A program made the translations under genes and the position numbers. A stretch of DNA of 61,556 nucleotides, counting the filler, from Asterionella formosa (taxonomy: Eukaryota), in assembly GCA_002256025.1 (NCBI GenBank). It is 21 parts of 21 records of this genome, joined end to end, with 100 filler letters (N's around TTAATTAATTAA, not from the genome) between each part and the next. Parts side by side here need not be neighbours in the genome. Positions count along the whole stretch, not along the records: positions 49,935 to 52,765 come from NKIB01014770.1; positions 52,866 to 55,696 come from NKIB01014771.1; positions 55,797 to 58,626 come from NKIB01014772.1; positions 58,727 to 61,556 come from NKIB01014773.1; 17 more parts are not named here. The stretch is one strand, 5' to 3'. The notes below the pieces were generated by a model. The model made no database searches, was not told the DNA's origin, and saw only the letters and a list, made by a program, of their open reading frames with translations. The number at the start of each line of letters is the position of its first letter. The first letter of the stretch is position 1. Of this stretch, positions 52,030 to 61,556 are shown piece after piece.

Positions 52030-52765
52030 CATCTAAGCCGCGTATTAGCTACGTGAAGTGACCATCACGTAAATAAGCCTAGTTGATTTTGAATGGATCA
52101 CATGAATTAGTTGAATACATCAAAATGCTTACTTGAATATATCTATATATTATCTGAATACATCACGTTAATTATTTGATGAGAGTATCATGCATGCATT
52201 CCTGATCATCACTATATTACGTGATCACCTTCACATAATTATTTGAAATACTTCAATTAATTCTGTAATTCAGTTCACATTGCCTTAAATTTTTGTTCAC
52301 GTAATTCTATAACATAGTTCACGTAATTTATTAAATTTTTTTACGTATTTTAAAAGTACTATCAAATAATGTTGATTACTAATTCAACAACCGGTATTTC
52401 ACATTACATGGGAAACAAATCTCGATATGCAATCAAACGAAGCAGTTCTTTCAGAATGGCATCTTCAGTCTTGAGAAGGCAGGCATTATGAGACATCTGT
52501 AAGGACATTGCAAGACAAGGAGAAGCCATTCATTCAGAAGGGGGAAATTATTCACTCTTGAACAGGCATCATTCTACGAAGTTGCAACATGAATGCATCC
52601 TCACACACTGATTTCCTTCTTGTCCTTGAAATGACTTGCTTCTTCATTGACCTGCAGAGATTTTCATAACAACAGTGTGTCAGTAATGTATATGATAGAA
52701 CTAGCAACAGCAGAAAGCAACACACAGTTCATTCCGGACCTCATTGTCCCTGCCTGTTGTCAACA
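52030..52765. mobile_element. Family A, end type 2 (reverse orientation)
   Basis: TA|CATCTAAGCCGCGTATTA. Reverse-complement match to 34070-34851. Confidence 0.8.
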
Positions 52766-52865
52766 NNNNNNNNNNNNNNNNNNNNNNNNNNNNNNNNNNN
52801 NNNNNNNNNTTAATTAATTAANNNNNNNNNNNNNNNNNNNNNNNNNNNNNNNNNNNNNNNNNNNN

Positions 52866-53702
52866 GGCAGTGAAAAAGAAAGAGGTGAGAAAACAAGGGA
52901 AAAAATCAGCAGCAGTACGGCTTCTGGAGTTGGATGAGTTCACCAACACTATTACTTGCCTTCGATCATGCTCTGATGGCGTCCGGCGCTACCAGATGCC
53001 TGCACTTTGCACATTCCAGTTTCAAATGGTTGGCCGCATTGATGATTGTTGTCAACTAAAAAAAGAAAATGTACTGCCCTGTGTGCGCTCTGATCTACCA
53101 GCTATGCTGGAATAAGAATGTGAAAGAGGAGAGAGAGGCACCCAAACAAATTCTCCTTGGAGCCATATCGCCGCTCTATTGTGTTCTTCTTTCCATGTCG
53201 ATCCATCTTGAGACGGAATCAATGGACAGAGGCGCATCCCCTGAAAATCCCTGGGTCTTCCTTCTTGAAACCAACAATCCAATAGTTGCGAAAAAGAGGG
53301 CATATGAGATCCTGAAGGAGGAATGGAACAATGGTGAGTTCCAGAGATTAAATAGTGGTCCGATTGGAACACACAGTTTACGAAAGTATCCATCGACATA
53401 TTCACAACAATGCAGCTGCTCGCGAGACAATATTGACTTCAGAGGGCGCTGGAAACGAACAAAGAAACAAATTGATACTTACATTGATGTTGAGCTTCCT
53501 TATCCTGATGCAAAGATTGCTTGCAGCTTCTCTTTGCATTGGAGGACCATGTAAGTATGTCCTTGTTGAGAATTGCGGACTCTTGGATGAGTGGCTTCTG
53601 GAATATGTTGTTCCAAATATTTCCCTACAGTATCCACGGGCTGTAGAATTGACGTTGGCCCGCCCACTTTTGTGGGCTTCTTTTGAGTCAACCCTACAAG
53701 AG
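52866..53702 (+). pseudogene. CryptonS-like tyrosine recombinase remnant
   Basis: Catalytic-type motifs GRIDD, GTHSLRK, RGRWK and DTYIDVELPYPDA, then LCIGGPCKY. Two frameshifts. Confidence 0.75.
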
Positions 53703-55696
53703 TGTCAGAATGTCAAGAATGTTAGCCCAAGTCACAAGGATTGTGGACTCGATTGTAATTGAACGAGTCAAATAATGCATTGCCACATCAATCAGATGTC
53801 TAACGAGATCAAAGATTGAAGATTTCTATGGAAATGTTAAGTGGAAACTCGAAGAGAGTCTTAGAACGACTTTGCAGGAAGCAAAGATGCATGGAAAGGA
53901 AACATTTAGTTTAGCTTATAATTTAATTTTAGTTTTAGATTATCAACCAAGGAAACAGTGTGTTAATTGACAGGAAGGTCAATTAGTCTATCTAGCAGGA
54001 AGGCTAGAAGCAGAGACAAGAGAGAAAGTAAGTGGTTCTAGGTAGTACTACAATCACGTAATAGTCTACGTGAAGAGAGACCCAGCCTGTGGGAAGGAGT
54101 ATGGACCATTTCAACACCACGATTTAAAGCGGATAGGTTTTAAAGGGTACTCAAGTTGGGAATTGACGACGAATCGTCAGGAGTGCGGTTGCCAACATTT
54201 GATGGTACCGATGCCAAGTGGCATGTTTGGAAAGCGAAGTTTGTGGCCTTTGCCTGCTACAAAGTTTTTGAAGGAATCCTAAATGGAGATGAAGTATCAC
54301 ACTCTTCACCACCAGTGCCAGCAGTTCGACGATCTGAAAGGACAAATAAGGGTCAGTATAATTGTACAAAATATATTGACAAAGTATAGTTGACCATGCT
54401 GGATCAAACCAAGCATGACAATTTCTACAAGAAACAACTGGCATATTCAGCAGAATTACTTACCTGTTTTGACAGTTGTTCACAACATTACTGACCCTTG
54501 AGTGTATGCATCGAAAACACGCCGCAAAGATGACCCTGATTCTCCAACGTTTCATCAGGCTATCCATGGCGAAAATTCAGAAGAGTACATTAAAGCCATG
54601 CAAATAGAGATTGCAACACTCATTCTTCAACGTACCTGGGAATCTGTGCCAAGAACTGCAAACCTCAATGTATTAAAAGGAACATGGGTATTCAAACTGA
54701 TACGGCTCCCAGGCGGCACACCTTATCGCTTCCAAGCACGCGTTTGTGCACAAGGAGATCTCCAAAAGGAGGGCATTGACTTCTTCGAGACCTATGCACC
54801 TGTTGTACTTTCGTCTACCATCCACTTGCTATTGTTAACTGTTCTCACTGAGGGCTGGTCAACCCGTCAAGTCAACTACACCAACGCATTTGCTCAAGCC
54901 AATCTCAAAGAATAAGTATATCTGGAATACCCTCGCATTTTGGACCCAAGTCCGGCACCAATAAAGTGTTGTGACTGCTAAAAAGTCTATATGGACTTCT
55001 TCAAGCTCCTTGCACCTTCTTTGAGAAACTTCGGGAGGGACTTTGGGAACATGGGTATACTCAATCTCAAATTGATCCATGCTTGTTCATGAAACAAGGA
55101 ATTATTTGTGTCTGCTATATCGATGACACCATATTTGCTGGAGCGGACTCACTTGTTCTTGAAGCTAAAATACAAAGCCTTGTTGGCGTCCATGAAAAGG
55201 AACAGCGTCACACTTTTGCACTTAGAAATGAAGGAGAAGTTGGTGCCTTTCTTGGAATTCAAATATAAAAAACTGGACTGCAGGAATATAATCTTACTCA
55301 AACCGGACTAATTGACAAAGTCCTTGCAGCAACTGGCATGTCTGATTGTAATGGAGTGGATACACCATCGACTACTACTCCCTCAGAAAATGATTTCGAT
55401 GGAGATCCGTTCACTGAAACCTGGCAATACAATTCAATCATTGGCATGCTGATGTACCTGACTGCAAATACCCGCCCAGATATTGCTTATGCCATTCATC
55501 AAGCCGCTAGATTATCCCATGCCCCACGTCATTCTCACGCTATTGCCGTTCGCCTTATGGGTTGGTGAGGACCCCGACTCTTTTTTGGTTGAGAGGGAGA
55601 GTAACGAAAGTACTATGCATGAGTGGTGTACATATGATTATTAATTCATTGCCGGTTATAGAACCGTTACCATAGAATATCATAAGATGATGTCAG
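53703..55696 (+). mobile_element. Heavily deleted Copia element: candidate 5' LTR (53703-54116), gag start, RT, PPT
   Basis: TGT...ACA segment. Gag LPTFDGTDAKWHVWKAKF. RT GTWVFK, ETYAPVV, YIDD, RPDIAYA. Purine tract GAGAGGGAGAG near 55590. Confidence 0.8.
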
Positions 55697-55796
55697 NNNN
55701 NNNNNNNNNNNNNNNNNNNNNNNNNNNNNNNNNNNNNNNNTTAATTAATTAANNNNNNNNNNNNNNNNNNNNNNNNNNNNNNNNNNNNNNNNNNNN

Positions 55797-56830
55797 TCAG
55801 CCACTGACTTGTAGGTACAAGAATTGACACAAAACAAATTGAAAAAACTCAACAGGTCATGGAAAACTATGAACTCATCATGCATTGTATATATTTGAAT
55901 TATGTTTAATCAAAATTGATGTTAGTATACACAGGATGTGCCATACAATGAGAGTGTTTAAAACTATGCAAATGTTCAACTATGTATACATTTAAACTTA
56001 CAAATCTTTCTATATATGTATTCATGGCTGAAACATTTGAAATCATGTTTTCATGTTCCTTGTCATGAATACACTTTGCTCCTGAAATGAAGGATCATCA
56101 CACATGTTGACACGGAAAACGAAAGTGATAATACAACATAATGATACTTGCGGCTTAGAAGGAGTGACTATGGAGAAGGGCGGAATCAATTGATGGTAAG
56201 TCAAGAGCAAATGCTTTTCATGTTCCTTGTCATGCATACACTTCCTGAAATGAAGGATCTCAAGCAACACATGATGCGAAAAGCTGAAGTGACAATACAA
56301 CACGAGGATGATACACCATGCGGCTAAGAAGGAGTGAATATGATGGAGAAGGGCGGAATCAACAAGCTGTGCATGGTACCATGTCAAGAGCAAACGCCAG
56401 GATGATCAATTGTTGGGATTATAAATACAGAATGACTCGTCCCCTTTCAGTGATTCAATAGCTCCTTTTGGATTTGGTGGCCAGCCATCAATGTGGACAA
56501 AAGAAATCGGTAAGTGGTCGCTATCATCTTTGGATCGATCCACAACTTTTAGAAAAACTTACACGTGCGTGTTGCTTATTAAGGATAATGGTAAACAAAT
56601 AGAATTTGTAAGTTACAAACGGCAGCATTGGAGGCTATTTATTTATCCTCGATACTTACTATTCAATGTTCAACTGACACATTATTTACAGAAATATACG
56701 TCAGTTGCTTACTTCCTCAATTTGTGGAAAGCGAAGATAGAAGCGAAATGAATGCTGTTGTGTAAGCAAAACATAAACAGATAACAATGAATTGCTTCTC
56801 TTTGTTAGAATGATTGGACAACGAAACATG
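55797..56830. repeat. Family B copy (reverse orientation)
   Basis: Reverse-complement match to ~27140-28168. Confidence 0.88.
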
Positions 56831-57479
56831 GTTTATCATGATGCTCAAGGGGTATCTCAGTGGCTAATTTTTCCAAAAGAAGCAAGGAGTAACATAAAGT
56901 ACTTTAGGATTTTGTTGAATGGCTTAACTAAAATTTCGGTGTAACTTGAAGAAGAAGTTTCACCCATAGGAAAACCAGGCTAAAATAACCCGGAAATAAA
57001 CAGGATTGACTACTGCAAAGGTTGCAGGTATTACCAGTGCATATTTGATGATGTATATATAGGGGTGCAACGGTTACATGGCGGAGCTTGCCAAATGTGC
57101 AACCAACCTATCATATTCAATACTACGTACTACAGGACGTAATATGGGACATAGTATTTTAATAATTCTTGTCTACTACCATAAATGTTGATATATATAT
57201 CAGACTACCGGAATGACCTCCAGGAGTACGGAGTAGGTCTACTACGGTAGACTACTAGTTTATAGGTGGTACTGTATGTACAACAACATAAAATATATAT
57301 TCATGATGAAATAAGGCTATTTAATTATAGAAAATGCCTTTTTATGATATATACAGGAAATCATAATAAATTCATAAATAAGAGAATAGAATTTTCTGCA
57401 TGTGTGTATACATGCAGAAAGAAGTGCCACATGTAATCATACATGGAGCGATTCTAAAGGATAGTATGTTTTATAGCCC

Positions 57480-57810
57480 CCCATTTGTACTCCCCTATTT
57501 CTAGGGAAGTATTTCATTGTGCTACCTGCCAACAAGACCTGTGCTTCCCTAGTTTTGTTAGCGTACTAGGTGAGTCCCCATCCACCTTTCGCGAAAGGTG
57601 ATCATCTTAGCCGCAGCGTTAGGGGAAACTCTTGCCGCCTAGGAAGGCGGCACAAGCTACTTGTAGGGGGGCAACCCAATATTTCTTGCACACCACTCAA
57701 GACTGTGCGGGACGGTAAGAAGTGTGGGAGTCGAACCCAACAAATTGCGGGAATCGAACCTCACAACCTCAGATCAAAGGCAACGTGCTAAACCACTAAG
57801 CCATTCCCTT
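57480..57810 (-). mobile_element. tRNA-headed SINE-like element with a structured body
   Basis: Minus-strand head GGGAATGGCTTAGTGGTTTAGCAC..GGTTCGATTCCC is shared with 4361-4423. A second B box GGGTTCGACTCCC follows, then a GC-rich hairpin body. The 3' boundary is approximate. Confidence 0.55.
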
Positions 57811-58091
57811 CTAGAGAGATTCTACTGCTTTTCCCATAAGTAGAATAATATTTTGGCATGTATGTATTCATACCGGGTTCTTTCCGATTCATTAGGCTGA
57901 TTTCAGTCTCTCTTTGAAGCTCAATTTGAAAACTTTATTATTACTTTTCTTTAACTTTACAGACATCGTTGCATCGTACTTTTCTCTTGATTAAAAGGGC
58001 TATACATGATAAGGACAAAAATTGGAATTTGAACTACTAAGAATATTTAGTCATGTGTCAGTCACAACATGAAAAATTCCGAAGACACAGA

Positions 58092-58626
58092 TCAGTCTGG
58101 ACTGGAAGGACTCAATACTGCTTCAATGTAATGATGTAAACAACAATGATTACCTCGAAGCATACCCATGGAGCACGCAAAATATGTCCAAGTCATCATT
58201 TTCCAGTTTACACATGTACTTTCAAGGTGGGAACTGTCAACATCTACAAACCTTTTCCCGAAATTTTGTGTGCCTTTCTTGGGCAGCCCAAAAACTCTGT
58301 GCTCAGCATTTTTGGTCAATCATGTCAACCTTCGTGGCCATTCTTCTTCATTTTTGTAATAAGGATTACATATCAATGCCTCCGCAAAGAGCTTGCGAAA
58401 ACAGAGCATGCCATCAACCTCACCCCTCCTTACAGAAGTGTTTATATGATGCAAGCAAGCATGGCATCTTCTGCCGTGACTGAAAGGAGCAATGATAACA
58501 TTCTATTCTGTGTTTTGTCGCCCATATCATTTATAAACTAATTTGGGAAGACCGCTTTGCATCATGGACATTAAACATCCCCTCGGAATTCGTAGTGGCT
58601 TTAGAAAACCACTGTACATGTAATTT
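58092..58626 (-). pseudogene. C-terminal remnant of a piggyBac-like transposase
   Basis: Across frames: HDAKRSSQISL*MIWATK, MLCFRKLFAEALICNPY, then a decayed Cys/His-rich tail (TYFACSMG..HCCLHH). Confidence 0.5.
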
Positions 58627-58726
58627 NNNNNNNNNNNNNNNNNNNNNNNNNNNNNNNNNNNNNNNNNNNNTTAATTAATTAANNNNNNNNNNNNNNNNNN
58701 NNNNNNNNNNNNNNNNNNNNNNNNNN

Positions 58727-61556
58727 TCTGACTTCGGAATGGTCTTAGGACCAATTCCTGAAGCCAGGTTTTGAGACCCGAGGCCTTGGCATAAGCTCTG
58801 GCCCGTCGGGCACCCGCCAAGGCACACATTGGCAACATCCGTGCCTCCTTCCACAGGCCTACTGATGGCACATCCCCTGCCCTCCTGGCTCCAATGCTAG
58901 CCCTAAGGCATCGGTTCAGAAGAACCTGCATTTTGTCCGTAAGGTGACGGTTCATACCATACAGCTCAGCCCCAAAAAGGAGGCGGGGGGCAACTACTCC
59001 TGCAACAGTCAGCAAACGCATGGCCATTGGTACCACCGGGCACCGTAGAAACGGTACCAAGGTGGCAACTGTGGCCCGCCCTTGCTTGACTCTATGGTCC
59101 ACCATAGACGAGATAGACAGACCTGGTGTCATGAGGACACCCAGATACATATATCTGTCCACAACAGGGAGTGGAAGTCCCTCCAGTTCCAGTCCGGCCA
59201 CATCTTGTCCAGGGACAAGCGGTTCGGTGGCCGAACCTGGGTCTGGCGGTAGGAATTCCATCAGCCCACACTTCCCTATGCCCACACTCATCTCGTTAGC
59301 TGTAACCCAGTTGGTAACGTGCGTACAGAACCGTTTGGTCGCCTCCAGGGAGGGGCAGATTCCGGCCGCATCATCAGCAAAAAGGGTACATCCCACTGTC
59401 AGTGTGGGTGTGGAGTTCCGCCATGTGCGACTGTCCCCAGTTGGTACCAGGGCACCGCTCTCCTCCGTCCCCACTGCCAAGTCATCAATGAAGATGTTGA
59501 ACAGTATAGGCGAAAGAGGGCAACCCTGCCGCACACCTCGCAACAGTCTGCAGGGGTCTGAGTACAGGGCAGTCAAGCCACCCCCCACTCGTACCCTGAT
59601 TGTACTGCTGCGATAAAGGGCACGTAGAAAAGCAAGGCAACGTCCCCTAATCCCAAACCGGGATAGTTTCGCAAAGAGCGCCTCGTGGGGCACCGTATCA
59701 TATGCCTTCTTGAGGTCTACGAATACCACGTAGGTCGGCTCTCCCACTATCCTCCGGCGTTGTATGATTTCCATGACACAGGCCACCTGGGTTACACATT
59801 CCTCTCTCTGGCGAAAGCCAGCCTGGGCTCGGCTAAACAGCCCTCGAGATTCCGCTTCCACATTTATCCTGGTACCAAGGATCACACACACCACCTTGAG
59901 GACAGTGGCCATGAGCGAAATCCCCCGATAGTTGTTCATATCAGCCAAGTCCCCTTTCTTAGGAATTGAAACGACCAGTGACTCAGCCCATGACTGGGCC
60001 ACCAGTCCCCTCTCATACGCAAAGTTGAGTAGGGTTCCTAGTGAGTCCGTCATTGGAGTGGATGGTGGCGGGGTGGGCTCCTCTTCCCGATAGTTTTGAA
60101 GGTGGGAAAGTAGGGCCCGTTCCTCCGCCAAACATGCCTGTAGCAGTTCAGTGGGTATCCCGTCACCGCCCGGAGCCCGATGGCTCTTCATCTTCCTCAG
60201 GGCAGTCCAAATATCGGAGGTTGTGAAGGGTTCGTCCAGCGAACGGATCCCCTCATTTGCCTGTGGGTGCGGGTCAAATTTCTCCCAATATTGGGCCTCC
60301 TGGCTATGACCGGTTTCATCTGCTGCTAGAGAGGCATAGTGCGCTCCCCAGGCCTGATGAATATCAGTCAAAGCTGTCAGCAGGCGTCCATCCGGGTCAA
60401 GGACTGGTTGGACACCTGCGATGCTGCTCTTCTGGCGCCATCCTGCAGTCGCTGAGGCCCACCGCCAATAGTGGCGAGGTTTCTCGCGCATATTGACGTG
60501 AGCCTCCCTAATTGCCTTATACCATGCCCGCCTACCGGAGAGGCGGATCACCTTCCGCGCCCTCTCTTTGGCAGCCTTGTACATGTCCCCAAGCCGTGTT
60601 ACATCTTCACGGTCTCCTCGCGACTCCGCCCTCCGGGTTTCCCGGAAAATCCTCCTTCGGGTCTCAATCGCCCGACGTACCTGTCCTGTCACTCTTGGTG
60701 GGTTTTGTCCCGCCACCCGTTGGTGGAGGTTCAGGTCCTCTGCCACCTGGTGACATGTTGTAGTGAACTTCTTGGCCATACCATCCAACCTTTCCTGGTG
60801 GTAACTGGTGGGGTTTTCAAGTGAATGTGAACACTCGATTACATCCTCCAGGTCCTCCTCCAGCGAGTCAGCTAGTGGCTGCCAATAGTTACTATTAGCC
60901 ACGGTTACTTTGAGTTCCTTCTCTTCCATCACAATCCGCCGGTACAGTGATTCCGGCCGTGGTGGGGCAATCCCCATCTCTGGGATTCTGGTAAGCCCAG
61001 GTAGGTCCGCAACAACTGGGAAGTGGTCCGAAATATCCCATGTGTCGAGGACCCTGGCAGGGGGGACAGCCGCCACTGTGTCACCACAATATGTGATGAA
61101 ATCAATGGCAGGTGTTGGCTGTCCCTCCCGCCGGCTTTGGCGAGTGGAGGCCCCCCCTCGGATGGGTAACACCCGAAAGGGAAGCCGCCACGGTCCCATC
61201 AGAATCTGCAACTCCGTCATCTTCATGTTGAAGTCTCCCATCATCACAATGGGATCTTCTGGAAACTCCCGATGCAGAGCGTCCAAGGCTCGGGGCAGGG
61301 CCCTGAGCACTCGGATGCGATCCGCTCTGCATGGGACATAAATTGTTCCCACAAGAATAGGCCTCAAGAGGGTGGCCCCATAGACTCTCGCAAAAGTCCA
61401 AAATGGTGTGGCCTTACCAACTGGGGTACAGTTGAATTTGGTCGACACCAGTATTGCCACACCTCGCTGCGACGCTGTCAGGTCCCCCATTGCTGTGAGG
61501 CAATGGTAACCTGGCAAACGAAGCTGCCAATCCGTTGATCGGAGCAGCGTCTCCTG
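58727..61556 (-). mobile_element. Non-LTR retrotransposon (LINE) ORF with APE endonuclease and reverse transcriptase, both ends truncated
   Basis: Uninterrupted ORF of >930 codons. APE motifs MGDFN, IDFI, SDHFPV. RT motifs NYRGISL, DLKKAYD, GVRQGCPLSP, LFADD, YMYLGV. Confidence 0.97.

Noticed and set aside
57600..57755. Group I intron core or telomerase RNA
   Set aside because: P-like AATTGCGGGAA and Q-like CCGCAGC are in the wrong order, and the former is just the antisense T arm. CCCTAAC is too short to be a convincing template.
2847..58726. Regularly spaced TTAATTAATTAA repeats as a biological array, and gene neighbourhoods across them
   Set aside because: These are artificial spacers joining length-sorted contigs, so adjacency across them means nothing. 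ORFs ending in X..LIN are artefacts.
59020..61538. Plus-strand ORFs overlapping the LINE
   Set aside because: Shadow ORFs of a GC-rich coding strand.

Overview
This is not one locus. It is a concatenation of 21 unrelated ~2.83-kb contigs in descending length order, joined by artificial 100-bp spacers (N44-TTAATTAATTAA-N44). The content points to a diatom or related ochrophyte nuclear genome: short GT-AG introns, an ASAFAP-type plastid signal, CoDi-like Copia elements and a CryptonS-like recombinase. Host genes: a spliced AdoMetDC-aminopropyltransferase-SET fusion (long-chain polyamine synthase type), TFIIE alpha, a thylakoid-lumen protein, a partial spliced PAP/fibrillin gene missed by the ORF track, and an LRR remnant. 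The rest is mostly transposon debris: Copia, Gypsy-like gag, DIRS-like, an open LINE ORF, pogo, Harbinger, piggyBac-like, Crypton, and two TA-flanked non-autonomous families. The most interesting observations are: (i) many TA-duplicating micro-insertions, especially TACCGGTA, that look like DNA-transposon excision footprints matching a pogo terminus in the window; (ii) a ~185-nt rod-like fold present twice and better conserved than its flanks; (iii) two tRNA-headed SINE-like elements; (iv) hairpin plus (CCCTAA)n modules; (v) the polyamine fusion with a GGGEG motif and a degenerate SET domain. Family assignments come from motif recognition only; no searches were run.
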